DNA of 41,428 bases from Acidithiobacillales bacterium (GTDB lineage: Bacteria > Acidobacteriota > Thermoanaerobaculia > UBA5066). Positions 18,630 to 27,832 of the stretch are shown here, piece after piece; positions within the stretch are counted from its first letter, which is position 1; each line of letters begins with the position of its first letter. A model generated the notes under the pieces. The model worked only from the letters and a program-made list of their open reading frames with translations, did no database searches and had not been told where the DNA came from. The stretch covers positions 1 through 41,428 of the forward strand of contig JBLMYG010000151.1 of the NCBI GenBank assembly GCA_050258155.1, in the 5' to 3' direction. A program made the translations under genes and the position numbers.

Positions 18630-18659
18630 TTGACACGTGCCCGAGGCGTGACGTATCTT
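18630..18659 (+). promoter_or_regulatory. Candidate sigma70-type promoter for the rplM operon
   Basis: TTGACA (18630-18635), 18 nt spacer, TATCTT (18654-18659). It lies about 170 nt upstream of rplM and 18 nt outside the IS end. Confidence 0.4.
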
Positions 18660-18740
18660 CTTTCGCCTTTACGGGAGAAGGTTCGCCCGATCCCGTGGTC
18701 GTACGCTGTCGGGGCGCTGGTCTTTTCGATGCATCCGCGC

Positions 18741-18767
18741 GGGCCGCATCGGAGAGACCTGCGGCCC
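18741..18767 (+). promoter_or_regulatory. Hairpin in the long rplM 5-prime leader (possible r-protein autoregulatory structure)
   Basis: GGGCCGCA-(11 nt loop)-TGCGGCCC, an 8 bp stem with no T-tract. Function is inferred only from its position in the leader. Confidence 0.25.
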
Positions 18768-18826
18768 CGGATCATCAAGCCCGGGGGCCTCCCCCACTGA
18801 CCGCCGACCGGAGACGTCTGAATCCC

Positions 18827-19261
18827 GTGAGCCTACGCACGCCGCTCCCCAGAATCTCGGAAATCTCCCGCCGCTGGATCGTCCTCGACGCCGACGGGAA
18901 GGTCCTCGGGCGGCTCGCGACGCAGGTGGCCCGCCACCTCACCGGGAAGACGAAGCCGCATTACACGCCGTTCCTCGATACCGGAGACTTCGTCGTCGTC
19001 GTCAACGCCGAGAAGGTGGTTCTGACCGGCCGGAAGGAATCGGAGAAGATCTACCGCCGTCACACCGGATATCCGGGCGGCCTGAAGGAGATCGCCGCCG
19101 AGAAGCGCCGCGCCGAGGACCCCGAGAGCCTCATCGAAGCGGCCGTTCAGGGGATGCTCCCCAAGACGAAGCTGGGCCGGAAGATGCTGAAGAAGCTGAA
19201 GGTCTACGCCGGGCCCCACCATCCGCACGCGGCGCAGGTACCGGCGGCGGCCACGGCCTGA
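18827..19261 (+). CDS. rplM: 50S ribosomal protein L13
   Basis: [50 protein letters not shown] and [18 protein letters not shown] 18827 gives 144 aa, matching normal L13 length. The track ORF begins earlier, at 18695. Confidence 0.9.
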   Translation: MSLRTPLPRISEISRRWIVLDADGKVLGRLATQVARHLTGKTKPHYTPFLDTGDFVVVVNAEKVVLTGRKESEKIYRRHTGYPGGLKEIAAEKRRAEDPESLIEAAVQGMLPKTKLGRKMLKKLKVYAGPHHPHAAQVPAAATA

Positions 19262-19293
19262 TGGCCTGAGTAGCGCGAAGGAGAAAGGAAGAC

Positions 19294-19686
19294 TTGTCGA
19301 GCACGCAATACCACGCTCTGGGCCGTCGGAAGGAGTCGGTGGCCCGCGTCTACCTCAGGCCCGGCACGGGGATCGTGTCGGTCAACGGCCGGAAGTTCGA
19401 GGACTACTTCCCGAACGACGTCCTGAAGATGGTCATCCGGCAGCCGCTGGCGCTGACCGAGACGACCGAGAAGTTCGACGTCGTGGCCCGCGTGGACGGG
19501 GGAGGCGTCGCGGGCCAGGCGGGGGCGATCCGCCACGGCATCGCGCGGGCCCTCTGCCTCTTCAACGTCGAGCTCCGTCCGGCGCTCAAGAAGGCGGGAC
19601 TCCTGAAGCGGGACTCCCGGATGAAGGAGCGGAAGAAATACGGTCAGCGCGGGGCCCGCGCCCGCTTCCAGTTCTCCAAGCGGTAA
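19294..19686 (+). CDS. rpsI: 30S ribosomal protein S9
   Basis: [36 protein letters not shown], and C-terminal [13 protein letters not shown] start preceded by AAGGAGAAAGGAAG. Confidence 0.95.
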   Translation: MSSTQYHALGRRKESVARVYLRPGTGIVSVNGRKFEDYFPNDVLKMVIRQPLALTETTEKFDVVARVDGGGVAGQAGAIRHGIARALCLFNVELRPALKKAGLLKRDSRMKERKKYGQRGARARFQFSKR

Positions 19687-19697
19687 CGAGGGACAGC

Positions 19698-20495
19698 ATG
19701 AGCCAGATCACGATGAAGGAACTCCTCGAAGCGGGCGTCCACTTCGGCCACCAGACGAAGCGGTGGAACCCGAAGATGAAGAAATACATCTTCGGAAAAC
19801 GGAACGGCATCTACATCATCGACCTTCAGAAGACGCTGAAGTGCTTCCGCGAGGCGGCCGCCTTCATCACGGACGTGGCGTCACAGGGGAAGAACATCCT
19901 GTTCGTCGGCACGAAGAGGCAGGCTCAGGACGCGATCTACGAGGAGGCCAACCGCTGCGGAATGTTCTACGTGAACAATCGCTGGCTGGGCGGCACCCTG
20001 ACGAACTTCGTGACGATCCGGAAGTCGGTGTCGCGTCTCAGGGAGATCGAGACGATGCTGGCCGACGGCTCCGACGCCATCCTGACCAAGAAGGAGCGCA
20101 TCAAGCTCGATCGGGAGAAGGCGAAGCTGGCCAAGAACCTGGTCGGCATCAAGGAGATGGAGGAGCTCCCCGACATCCTCTTCGTGATCGACCCGAAGAA
20201 CGAGGCGATCGCGGTCCAGGAGGCCCGGAAGCTCCGCATCCCCGTCGTCGCCATCGTGGACACCAACTGCGACCCGGACGACATCGACCACGTCATCCCC
20301 GGCAACGACGACGCCATCCGGGCCATCAAGCTCTTCACGGCGAAGATCGCCGATGCCGTCCTCGAGGGGCTCCACGCCCAGGAGGAGCGGTTCGTCGGGA
20401 AGCTGGAGCATGGTGACGACGAGCCGATGCCGACGAACTTCCAGGTGGGCGACACGCCGAAGACGCCCGAGGACGCCCCGGTCGTGCCGGCGTAG
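19698..20495 (+). CDS. rpsB: 30S ribosomal protein S2
   Basis: [41 protein letters not shown], and [28 protein letters not shown]. Confidence 0.97.
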   Translation: MSQITMKELLEAGVHFGHQTKRWNPKMKKYIFGKRNGIYIIDLQKTLKCFREAAAFITDVASQGKNILFVGTKRQAQDAIYEEANRCGMFYVNNRWLGGTLTNFVTIRKSVSRLREIETMLADGSDAILTKKERIKLDREKAKLAKNLVGIKEMEELPDILFVIDPKNEAIAVQEARKLRIPVVAIVDTNCDPDDIDHVIPGNDDAIRAIKLFTAKIADAVLEGLHAQEERFVGKLEHGDDEPMPTNFQVGDTPKTPEDAPVVPA

Positions 20496-20515
20496 GCACC
20501 GACCCGAACGACCAC

Positions 20516-20552
20516 GGGCCGCGCGGGGACCGCTCCCGGCGCGGCCCTTTTT
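20516..20552 (+). terminator. Intrinsic terminator/attenuator between rpsB and tsf
   Basis: GGGCCGCGCGGGGA-CCGC-TCCCGGCGCGGCCC, 13 pairs with one G-G mismatch, followed directly by TTTTT (20548-20552). Confidence 0.6.
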
Positions 20553-20571
20553 CACGCGAGGACGAGACGAC

Positions 20572-21489
20572 ATGGCAATCACGGCGGCCCTGGTCAAGGA
20601 GCTTCGGGACAAGACGGGCGCGGGAGTTCTCGACTGCCAGAACGCCCTCAAGGAGACCGACGGCCACCTCGCCGAGGCCGAAAAGCTCCTCCGGAAGAAG
20701 GGCCTCGCCGATGCCGCGAAGAAGGCGGGCCGTGTGGCCGCCGACGGCCTCATCGGCTACCGGGTCGAGGGGGGGGTTGCGGCCCTCGTCGAGCTGAACT
20801 GCGAGACCGACTTCGTCGCGAAGACGGACGACTTCAAAGCGGCCCGGCAGGTGCTTGCCGACGCCGTCTTCGCCCATGCCGCCTTCGGCGACGCTCCGAC
20901 CCTCGACCCCGAGGCCGTTCTCTCCCTTCCTGCTCCTCCGGGACTCCCCTCGGCGTCCGGAACGGTCGCCGACTGGGTGAAGGCCTTCACGGCCAGGACG
21001 GGCGAGAAGACGCAACTCCGCCGTGCCGCCCGTCTCGAGGCGTCGGCCGGTGCCGCCCTGACCCTCTACGCGCACACGGGCGACCGGAACGTGGTCGTCC
21101 TCGAGACGATCGGCTGCGACCCGTCGCTCGCGAAGGACCTGGCCATGCAGGTGGCCGCCCTTGCGCCTCTCTGGGCGACCCGCGACGCCGTCCCGGCGAA
21201 GACGCTGGAGGACGAGCGGGAGATCGCGCGGGCCAAGGCGGCGGCGGCTGGCAAGCCCGCGAACGTCGTCGAGAAGATGGTCGAGGGGATGGTGGCCAAG
21301 TGGTTCGGCGAGGTCGTTCTCGTCGACCAGCCGTTCGTCAAGGACGACAAGAAGAAGGTCTCGCAGGTCGTCGCGGAGCGGGGCGAAAAGGGCTCCCGCG
21401 TCGTCCGATTCGTCCGGCTGCGGGTGGGGGAGGGGGTCGAGAAGAAAGCCTCCGACCTCGCCGCCGACGTCGCCGCGCTGACGAAGTAG
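20572..21489 (+). CDS. tsf: Elongation factor Ts
   Basis: [44 protein letters not shown] (UBA-like N-domain). ATG 20572 lies within track ORF 20353..21489. 305 aa. Confidence 0.95.
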   Translation: MAITAALVKELRDKTGAGVLDCQNALKETDGHLAEAEKLLRKKGLADAAKKAGRVAADGLIGYRVEGGVAALVELNCETDFVAKTDDFKAARQVLADAVFAHAAFGDAPTLDPEAVLSLPAPPGLPSASGTVADWVKAFTARTGEKTQLRRAARLEASAGAALTLYAHTGDRNVVVLETIGCDPSLAKDLAMQVAALAPLWATRDAVPAKTLEDEREIARAKAAAAGKPANVVEKMVEGMVAKWFGEVVLVDQPFVKDDKKKVSQVVAERGEKGSRVVRFVRLRVGEGVEKKASDLAADVAALTK

Positions 21490-21491
21490 CC

Positions 21492-22226
21492 ATGGGGGAA
21501 GCGCCCCGTTACCGCCGGATACTCCTGAAGCTGTCCGGGGAGGCGCTTCTCGGGAGTCAGCCCTTCGGAATCGAGCCGGCGATGGTGGCGCGCATCGCGG
21601 ACGAGATCGTGGACGTCTGCGCTCTCGGCGTCGAGGTCGCCATCGTCATCGGGGGCGGGAACATCATCCGCGGCGTCTCGGCCGCGGACCAGGGAATCGA
21701 CCGGATCACGGGCGACTCGATGGGGATGCTCGCGACCGTCATCAACGCCCTCGCCCTCCAGGACGCGATGGAGAAGAGAAAAGTCTATACGCGCGTCATG
21801 ACGGCCTTCGAGGTCCGTGCCGTGGCCGAACCGTTCATCCGGCGGCGTGCGATCCGGCACCTCGAGAAGAAACGTGCGGTCATCTTCGCGGGAGGCACGG
21901 GGAACCCGTTCTTCACGACCGACTCGGCCGCGGCCCTTCGCGCGAACGAGATCAGGGCCGACGCCATCCTGAAGGCGACGCGGGTCGACGGCATCTACAC
22001 GGCCGACCCGAGGAAATGCTCCTCGGCGAGGCTTCTCCCGCGTGTCACGTACCAGGAGGTCCTGGAGAGGCAGCTCGACGTCATGGACGCCGCGTCCGTG
22101 GCCCTCTGCCGCGACAACCGGATGCCGATCCGCGTCTTCAATCTCCTCGTGCCCGGCAACATCCGCCGCGTCGTCCTCGGCGAGTCCGTCGGAAGCGTGG
22201 TGGAGGCCGGCTCGCCCTCTGCCTGA
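21492..22226 (+). CDS. pyrH: UMP kinase
   Basis: [28 protein letters not shown], and [23 protein letters not shown] 21492 is 2 nt after the tsf stop. Confidence 0.95.
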   Translation: MGEAPRYRRILLKLSGEALLGSQPFGIEPAMVARIADEIVDVCALGVEVAIVIGGGNIIRGVSAADQGIDRITGDSMGMLATVINALALQDAMEKRKVYTRVMTAFEVRAVAEPFIRRRAIRHLEKKRAVIFAGGTGNPFFTTDSAAALRANEIRADAILKATRVDGIYTADPRKCSSARLLPRVTYQEVLERQLDVMDAASVALCRDNRMPIRVFNLLVPGNIRRVVLGESVGSVVEAGSPSA

Positions 22227-22260
22227 AGCGGATCCAGCGGGAAAAGGAGGCCGCCGCTCC

Positions 22261-22821
22261 ATGCCCCTGACGGAGACCAAGAGAGAAGCCGAACGCCGGA
22301 TGAACACATCCCTTGAGGCGTTCCGGACGGAGCTGAAACACCTCCGCACGGGACGGGCGTCCGTGGCCCTGCTCGACGCGATCCACGTCGAGTATTACGG
22401 CACCCCGACGCCTCTGAACCAGGTCGCGACGCTGACGGCGCCGGATGCCACGCTGCTCGTCGCGCAGCCGTACGAGCCGAGTCTTTGCCCGCTCATCGAG
22501 AAGGCGATCCGGAAAAGCGACCTCGGCCTGAACCCCGCTTCGGACGGGAGAGTGGTCCGGATCCCGGTCCCCCCGCCGACAGAGGAGCGCCGGAAGGAGA
22601 TCGCCCGGAAGGCCCACGCGTTCGCCGAGCAGGCCCGGATCGAGATCCGCCACCACCGGCACGACGCGAACGAGAAGGTCCGGAAGGAAGCGAAGGCCCT
22701 GGGCGTCTCGTCCGACGACGAGAAGCGTGCTTTGGACGAGGTCCAGAAGATGACCGACAGGGCCATCTCCGAAGTGGACACAGTTCTCAAGGCGAAGGAA
22801 ACCGAGATCCTGGCGCGATGA
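22261..22821 (+). CDS. frr: Ribosome recycling factor
   Basis: LEAFRTELKHLRTGRASVALLD, LGLNPASDGRVVRIPVPPPTEERRKE, and IEIRHHRHDANEKVRK. 186 aa from ATG 22261. Confidence 0.95.
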   Translation: MPLTETKREAERRMNTSLEAFRTELKHLRTGRASVALLDAIHVEYYGTPTPLNQVATLTAPDATLLVAQPYEPSLCPLIEKAIRKSDLGLNPASDGRVVRIPVPPPTEERRKEIARKAHAFAEQARIEIRHHRHDANEKVRKEAKALGVSSDDEKRALDEVQKMTDRAISEVDTVLKAKETEILAR

Positions 22822-22828
22822 GACTCCG

Positions 22829-23533
22829 ATGAAGGCCACGTCTGGCGCGGCCCGGGAGGTGGCGATCGCCCTCGTTCCGGCCGCGGGACTCGGAACCCGA
22901 TTTCACGATGCCGGGACGAAGGCCCTCGTTCTTCTCGCGGGCAAGCCGCTCCTCGTCCGCGTCCTCGAGCGGCTTCAGGCCTCGGGCAGGGTGTCTGAGG
23001 CGGTCGTCGCCGTCCCTTCGGGCTCCGAAGGCTCCTTTCACGCGGCGCTGGCGTCCGCGCCCCTCCCGTACAGGCTCACCTCCGGCGGCGTCGAGCGCCG
23101 GGATTCGGTCGCCGCCGCGCTCGAAGCATCGGGTGCCGCGGACGACGCCCTCGTCCTCGTCCACGACGCGGCTCGGCCTCTGGTCGATCCGGTCGAGGTG
23201 GCCGCCGTGGTCGACGCCGCGGCCGCCCACGGGGCGGCCATCGCGGGTCACGCGATGGTGGACACGGTCAAGAGGATCAAGGGGGGGAAGGTGCTGGAGA
23301 CGGTTCCCCGCCTCGACCTCGTCTCCGTGACGACGCCACAGGTCTTCCGCGCCGGGCTTCTCCGGAAGGCACACGCGAAGTCGGCAGGAGTGGTCGTCAC
23401 CGACGACGCGGAGCTGGTCGAGCGCGCCGGCGGGAGCGTTGCCGTCGTCCTGACGTCCCGCTGGAACCTGAAGATCACGTACCCGGAGGACCTGACGTGG
23501 GCCGAGGCCTGGCTGGCCCGCTGCGGCGGCTGA
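22829..23533 (+). CDS. ispD: 2-C-methyl-D-erythritol 4-phosphate cytidylyltransferase
   Basis: ALVPAAGLGTRF near the N-terminus, VLVHDAARPLV, DTVKRI, and TPQVFR. Confidence 0.9.
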   Translation: MKATSGAAREVAIALVPAAGLGTRFHDAGTKALVLLAGKPLLVRVLERLQASGRVSEAVVAVPSGSEGSFHAALASAPLPYRLTSGGVERRDSVAAALEASGAADDALVLVHDAARPLVDPVEVAAVVDAAAAHGAAIAGHAMVDTVKRIKGGKVLETVPRLDLVSVTTPQVFRAGLLRKAHAKSAGVVVTDDAELVERAGGSVAVVLTSRWNLKITYPEDLTWAEAWLARCGG

Positions 23534-23534
23534 C

Positions 23535-24020
23535 GTGAGCCTCCGGATCGGCCACGGCTTCGACGCGCATCCGCTCGTGCCGGGGCGCCGCTGCGTCCTG
23601 GGGGGGGTCGAGGTGGCGTCCGAGGTCGGTCCGGACGGGCACTCCGACGGAGACGTCGTCCTTCACGCGCTCGCCGATGCCCTGCTCGGCGCGGCCGCCG
23701 CCGGAGATCTGGGGAGCGTCTTCGGGACGAGCCGTCCGGAGTGGAGGAACGCGCCGTCCTCGCGGCTCGTTGCGCAGGTCCGCGAGCTGACGGACCACCC
23801 TCCGGTCGTCAATGTCGACGTGACCGTCCTGGGGGCCCGTCCGAAGTTGGGGCCCTTCATCGAGGCGATGCGGGAGAGCATCGCGGCTCTGCTCGGAGCG
23901 GAGGTCTCGCGCGTCTCGGTGAAGGCCTCGTCAGTGAACGGCCTGACGGCCTTCGGCCGGGGCGAGGGGATTGCCGCCGAGGTCGTGGTCCTCGTCGAGC
24001 GGCCAGAGCGGCCAGAGTGA
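23535..24020 (+). CDS. ispF: 2-C-methyl-D-erythritol 2,4-cyclodiphosphate synthase
   Basis: RIGHGFDAHPL and GHSDGDVVLHALADALLGA. 161 aa, with a GTG start 1 nt after the ispD stop. Confidence 0.93.
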   Translation: MSLRIGHGFDAHPLVPGRRCVLGGVEVASEVGPDGHSDGDVVLHALADALLGAAAAGDLGSVFGTSRPEWRNAPSSRLVAQVRELTDHPPVVNVDVTVLGARPKLGPFIEAMRESIAALLGAEVSRVSVKASSVNGLTAFGRGEGIAAEVVVLVERPERPE

Positions 24021-24751
24021 TCGTCGCCGGCTTTCACCCGGTGCGCCAGGCGCTCGCGCTGAGGCCCCGCTCGATCGAGACCCTCTGGGTCCTCCGGGGC
24101 CGGCGGGACGCCCGCGCGAGCGAGATCGAGGAACTCGCCCGGGCCGCGGGGGTGGCTGTGAGGCCGGTCGGCCGGGAGGAGCTCGACCGTCTTGCCGGGA
24201 GAGGACACAACGGGGTGGCGGCGCGCGTCGCCGAGCGCGACTATGACGACGTCGAGGAGTGCCTCGCGGGGAGAAACGGCACCCGGACGGTTCTTTTCCT
24301 CGACCAGGTGACGGATCCGGGGAACCTCGGGGCGATTCTCCGGACGGCGGCTGCGGCCGGGGTTTCCGTCGTCCTGACGGAGCGACACTCGGCGCCGCTC
24401 GGCGAGTCGGCCTCGAAGTCCGCCGCGGGCGCCCTCGAGCGGGTGAGGATTTCCCGCGTAGGAAACGCCAGCCGGTTCCTGAGGCGAGCGAAGGATGCGG
24501 GTTTCTGGGTCTTCGGGGCCGACCCTTCCGGCCGAAGTCTCTGGGAATCAGACCTTTCCGGGGACGTGCTCCTCTGCGTCGGCTCGGAGGGAGAAGGGCT
24601 TCGCCGCCTCACACGGGAAGCGTGCGACCACCTCGTGGCCATACCGATGGCCGCCGGATCCGGGTCGCTCAATGTGTCGGTCGCGGCGGGGATCCTTCTC
24701 TATGAAGTAGCCCGGCGCCGATGGGAAGCGGAAGTTACGGCACGAAAATAG
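24017..24751 (+). CDS. rlmB: SpoU/TrmH-family RNA 2-prime-O-methyltransferase (RlmB-like)
   Basis: LDQVTDPGNLGAILRTAAAAG, VGSEGEGLRRLT, and IPMAAGSGSLNVSVAAGILLYE. GTG 24017 overlaps the ispF stop (GTGA). The upstream part of track ORF 23741..24751 overlaps ispF and is discounted. Confidence 0.85.
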   Translation: MIVAGFHPVRQALALRPRSIETLWVLRGRRDARASEIEELARAAGVAVRPVGREELDRLAGRGHNGVAARVAERDYDDVEECLAGRNGTRTVLFLDQVTDPGNLGAILRTAAAAGVSVVLTERHSAPLGESASKSAAGALERVRISRVGNASRFLRRAKDAGFWVFGADPSGRSLWESDLSGDVLLCVGSEGEGLRRLTREACDHLVAIPMAAGSGSLNVSVAAGILLYEVARRRWEAEVTARK

Positions 24752-24752
24752 C

Positions 24753-24782
24753 TTGACCGGGCGGCCCGGAGGGTGGTAAAAG
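24753..24782 (+). promoter_or_regulatory. Possible promoter of the tRNA/rpmG/secE cluster
   Basis: TTGACC (24753-24758), 18 nt spacer, TAAAAG (24777-24782), about 100 nt upstream of the first tRNA. The -10 match is weak. Confidence 0.3.
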
Positions 24783-24881
24783 GTTGAGTTCGCGCCTCGT
24801 CGGGCGTGCGATGCCGGACCGGTTCCCCTCCGCTCCACCGTTTTGGCGAAGCTCTTCCCGCCGAGGCATGGGAAAGGAAAC

Positions 24882-24957
24882 GCTGGCGTAGCTCAATTGG
24901 CAGAGCAGCCGATTTGTAATCGGCAGGTTGCGGGTTCAAGTCCCATCGCCAGCTCCA
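24882..24957 (+). tRNA. tRNA-Thr (anticodon TGT)
   Basis: Hand-folded cloverleaf. Acceptor GCTGGCG/CGCCAGC, D arm GCTC..GAGC, anticodon stem GCCGA/TCGGC with loop TTTGTAA, T loop TTCAAGT, encoded CCA. One C-A mismatch in the T stem. Confidence 0.85.
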
Positions 24958-25020
24958 GAGCGGCTCCGGGACGGGTCGCCCGGGACCTCCGCGGGGACGG
25001 TGGATTCGGAAACGAGGGAC

Positions 25021-25108
25021 GGGCAGATGGCCGAGTGGTTAATGGCAGCAGACTGTAAATCTGCCGCACTGACGTGCTACGGGGGTTCGAATCCCTCTCT
25101 GCCCACCA
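25021..25108 (+). tRNA. tRNA-Tyr (anticodon GTA), long variable arm
   Basis: Acceptor GGGCAGA/TCTGCCC, anticodon stem GCAGA/TCTGC with loop CTGTAAA, variable arm GCAC-TGAC-GTGC, T loop TTCGAAT, encoded CCA. Confidence 0.9.
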
Positions 25109-25127
25109 TTGCCTTCGGCAATGGTGG
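25103..25127 (+). other. Strong hairpin overlapping the 3-prime end of tRNA-Tyr
   Basis: CCACCATTGCC-TTC-GGCAATGGTGG, 11 complementary positions (or 10 bp with a 5 nt loop). The 5-prime arm includes the last acceptor-stem bases, the discriminator and the CCA of tRNA-Tyr. Confidence 0.5.
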
Positions 25128-25212
25128 TCAGGTTCTGCCGGCTGATATGTTCTCGGGGAACCCGACGCCGGTTTCCCCGAACCCCTCCGCGCCGAACAGC
25201 ACGATCACCGGC

Positions 25213-25288
25213 GCCCACGTAGCTCAGCCGGTAGAGCACGTCCTTGGTAAGGACGGGGTCAGCAGTTCAAGTCTGCTCGTGGGCTCCA
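25213..25288 (+). tRNA. tRNA-Thr (anticodon GGT)
   Basis: Acceptor GCCCACG/CGTGGGC, anticodon stem CGTCC/GGACG with loop TTGGTAA, T arm AGCAG-TTCAAGT-CTGCT, encoded CCA. Confidence 0.92.
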
Positions 25289-25296
25289 TCAGAAAG

Positions 25297-25371
25297 GCGG
25301 GAGTAACTCAGGGGTAGAGTCACAGCCTTCCAAGCTGTTGGTCGCGGGTTCGAATCCCGTCTCCCGCTCCA
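25297..25371 (+). tRNA. tRNA-Gly (anticodon TCC)
   Basis: Acceptor GCGGGAG/CTCCCGC, anticodon stem ACAGC/GCTGT with loop CTTCCAA, T arm GCGGG-TTCGAAT-CCCGT, encoded CCA. Confidence 0.92.
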
Positions 25372-25407
25372 GGCTTCCGAAGGTCGGGGAAGAAGAGGGA
25401 AAGCGGC

Positions 25408-25563
25408 ATGCCGAGAGAACTCATCAGCCTCGTCTGCAGCGCGTGCAAGAGGCGGAACTACACGACGACGAAGAACAGGAAGACCCATCAGGAAAAGCTC
25501 GAGATCTCGAAGTTCTGCGCGGCCTGCCGCAAGCACACGCCGCACAAGGAAGGGAAGGTCTGA
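25408..25563 (+). CDS. rpmG: 50S ribosomal protein L33 (zinc-ribbon, four-Cys form)
   Basis: Not in the ORF track because it is only 51 aa. Hand translation gives [51 protein letters not shown], stop TGA 25561-25563. GGGAAAG lies upstream. Its position before tRNA-Trp/secE is typical. Confidence 0.9.
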   Translation: MPRELISLVCSACKRRNYTTTKNRKTHQEKLEISKFCAACRKHTPHKEGKV

Positions 25564-25576
25564 CGTCGCCCGTCAC

Positions 25577-25653
<77 letters not shown>

Positions 25654-25689
25654 GATCGGGCGTGGACGGCGACTCGGAGGAAACACGAC

Positions 25690-25902
25690 ATGAACCTGAG
25701 CGAGAAGTGGACCGGCTTCCGCGAGTTCCTGACCGACGTGAAGAAGGAGTCGGGCAAAGTGACGTGGCCCGGCCGCGACGAGGTCGTCGGGACGACCGCC
25801 GTGGTCCTGGTCTACACGGCGATCATCGGAATCTTCCTGTTTCTCGTGGATGCGGCCGTGACGCCGCTCCTCAACAAGCTCTTTGCGGCCTTCGGGAGCT
25901 GA
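25690..25902 (+). CDS. secE: Preprotein translocase subunit SecE
   Basis: 70 aa. [42 protein letters not shown], with a single C-terminal TM helix. Conserved position before nusG. Confidence 0.9.
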   Translation: MNLSEKWTGFREFLTDVKKESGKVTWPGRDEVVGTTAVVLVYTAIIGIFLFLVDAAVTPLLNKLFAAFGS

Positions 25903-25907
25903 ACGTC

Positions 25908-26525
25908 GTGACGGACCCCGTGGAGAACACGACCGTGAACGAGACCCCGGCGCAGGAGACGCCGATCGCGGGCGCGCCGGAGGCGGCCACGGCGGAGATG
26001 GACTGGTTCATCGTCCATACCTACTCGGGCTTCGAGGACCGGGTGGTCCAGGAGCTGACGAACCGGATCAAGGCCCTCGGCATGGAGCGTCACTTCGGCG
26101 AGATCCGCGTCCCGAAAGAGACGGTCGTCGAGATGCGCGGCGGCAAGCGGAAGAACATCGAGCGGAAGTTCTTCCCGGGCTACGTCCTCGTGCAGATGGA
26201 GATGTCCGACGAGACGTGGCATCTCGTCCGCAACACGCCGAAGGTCACGGGCTTCGTCGGCGGCTCGTCCAAGTCGCCGGTGCCCCTGACGCAGGACGAG
26301 GTGAACGCCATCCTCCACCACTCGGCCGAGTCGCGAGAGAAGCCGAAGCCGAAGTACGTCTACGAGCGGGGCGAGCAGGTCAAGATCATCGACGGCCCGT
26401 TCAAGGAGTTCACCGGAAGCGTGGAGGACATCAACCTCGAGCGCTCCACCCTCCGCGTCCTGGTCACCATCTTCGGCCGGCCCACGCCGGTCGAGCTCGA
26501 GTTCGTGCAGGTCCAGAAACTCTAG
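25908..26525 (+). CDS. nusG: Transcription termination/antitermination factor NusG
   Basis: [14 protein letters not shown] (NGN domain), [10 protein letters not shown], and KOW motif [22 protein letters not shown]. Start taken as GTG 25908, 5 nt after the secE stop, giving a roughly 30 aa N-terminal extension. ATG 26001 (MDWFIV) is the alternative. Confidence 0.9.
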   Translation: MTDPVENTTVNETPAQETPIAGAPEAATAEMDWFIVHTYSGFEDRVVQELTNRIKALGMERHFGEIRVPKETVVEMRGGKRKNIERKFFPGYVLVQMEMSDETWHLVRNTPKVTGFVGGSSKSPVPLTQDEVNAILHHSAESREKPKPKYVYERGEQVKIIDGPFKEFTGSVEDINLERSTLRVLVTIFGRPTPVELEFVQVQKL

Positions 26526-26702
26526 GAGGTCGTTTTCGTTTTGTCTTTCGGATTTCTTCTGAGAAAGAGAATGGGGGGGAACGCGGTGGCGGCGGCGGCG
26601 GCGAGGGCCCTGCCGTGCGCGGAGCCCCTCTTCACCTTCTAGGAAGATATCGAAGGGTACTTACGCGAGAAGGCTGCAGGAGAAAGCAAGAGCGAGTTTC
26701 AA

Positions 26703-27125
26703 ATGGCAAAGAAAGTCACCGCGTACGTCAAATTGCAGATCCCCGCCGGGCAGGCGACGCCGGCGCCGCCCGTCGGCACCGCCCTCGGCCCGCAGGGGGT
26801 CAACATCATGGACTTCTGCAAGGCCTTCAACGCCAGGACGGCGAAAGACCAGGGGCTGATCATTCCGGTGATCGTCACCGTCTACTCGGACCGCTCCTAC
26901 TCCTTCATCACGAAGACCCCTCCCGCGTCCGTCCTCCTCCAGAAGGCCGCGAAGGTGGAGAAGGGCTCCGGCGTTCCGAACAAGAACAAGGTCGGGAAGG
27001 TCACGAGGAAGCAGGTCGAGGAGATCGCGAAGCTGAAGATGGTCGATCTCAACACGCCGGACCTCGCCGCCGCCATCAGGACGGTGGAAGGGACGGCCCG
27101 CTCCATGGGAATCGAAGTCATATGA
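26703..27125 (+). CDS. rplK: 50S ribosomal protein L11
   Basis: [34 protein letters not shown]. 140 aa. Confidence 0.97.
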   Translation: MAKKVTAYVKLQIPAGQATPAPPVGTALGPQGVNIMDFCKAFNARTAKDQGLIIPVIVTVYSDRSYSFITKTPPASVLLQKAAKVEKGSGVPNKNKVGKVTRKQVEEIAKLKMVDLNTPDLAAAIRTVEGTARSMGIEVI

Positions 27126-27832
27126 GTGAGGGGAAGAAGTTCACCGCAGCGGCCGCCCGGGTCGATCGGACGAAGCTTTACGGCGTGCCCGAAGCCGTCG
27201 CGCTCGTCAAGTCGGGGGCGTTCGCCAAGTTCAACGAGACCGTCGAGGTGGCGATGCGGCTCGGCGTCGACCCGAAGCACGCCGACCAGATGGTCCGCGG
27301 CACGGTCGTCCTTCCGCACGGCCTCGGCAAGACGACACGCGTGGCCGTCGTGGCCTCCGGCGAAAAGGTCCGCGAGGCCGAGCAGGCGGGCGCCGACGTC
27401 GTCGGCGGCGACGACCTCGTACAGAAGATCTCCGGCGGGTTCCTCGATTTCGAGGCGCTCGTCGCCACGCCCGACATGATGAAGTCGCTCGGACGGCTCG
27501 GGAAGATCCTGGGTCCCAGGGGCCTGATGCCGAACCCGAAGGCCGGCACGGTCACCTTCGACGTCGGGAAGGCCGTCCGGGAGCTGAAGGCGGGGAAGAT
27601 CGAGTTCCGTGTCGACAAGACGGCGATCATCCACGCACCGGTCGGCAAGGTCTCCTTCCCCGAGGCGCAGCTCGTCGAGAACACCGAGGCGCTGCTCGCG
27701 GCCGTGCAACGTGCCCGCCCCTCGACGGCGAAGGGGAAGTACGTCAAGTCGGTGACGCTGTCGTCGACGATGGGCCCCGGCGTTCCGGTGGACCCCTCCG
27801 CCGCCGAGAAGAGCGTCGGGAGGGGCGCATGA
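27122..27832 (+). CDS. rplA: 50S ribosomal protein L1
   Basis: Last 236 aa of track ORF 25883..27832. ATG 27122 overlaps the rplK stop (ATGA). [32 protein letters not shown], and [16 protein letters not shown]. Confidence 0.95.
   Translation: MSEGKKFTAAAARVDRTKLYGVPEAVALVKSGAFAKFNETVEVAMRLGVDPKHADQMVRGTVVLPHGLGKTTRVAVVASGEKVREAEQAGADVVGGDDLVQKISGGFLDFEALVATPDMMKSLGRLGKILGPRGLMPNPKAGTVTFDVGKAVRELKAGKIEFRVDKTAIIHAPVGKVSFPEAQLVENTEALLAAVQRARPSTAKGKYVKSVTLSSTMGPGVPVDPSAAEKSVGRGA

Noticed and set aside
17137-18632. A target-site duplication flanking the IS, for example TTCC at 17146-17149 and 18626-18629.
   Set aside because: The second TTCC is 13 nt beyond the point where inverted-repeat similarity ends, so it is probably coincidental. 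No adjacent direct repeat was found, and the exact IS termini remain slightly uncertain.
25372-25407. A possible tuf remnant or pseudogene between tRNA-Gly and rpmG.
   Set aside because: Only 36 nt are available, and they look like a ribosome-binding region for rpmG. No EF-Tu-like coding fragment is present in any frame.
26588-26602. A (GGC)5 microsatellite in the nusG-rplK spacer, considered as a possible repeat array or CRISPR-like feature.
   Set aside because: It is a single 15 nt simple repeat with no spacer-repeat periodicity. It is expected by chance in GC-rich DNA. No CRISPR array exists anywhere in the window.
25883-27121. The upstream 413 aa of track ORF 25883..27832 (649 aa), spanning nusG and rplK in another frame.
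   Set aside because: nusG and rplK are unambiguous in their own frames. L1 homology begins at ATG 27122, which overlaps the rplK stop.
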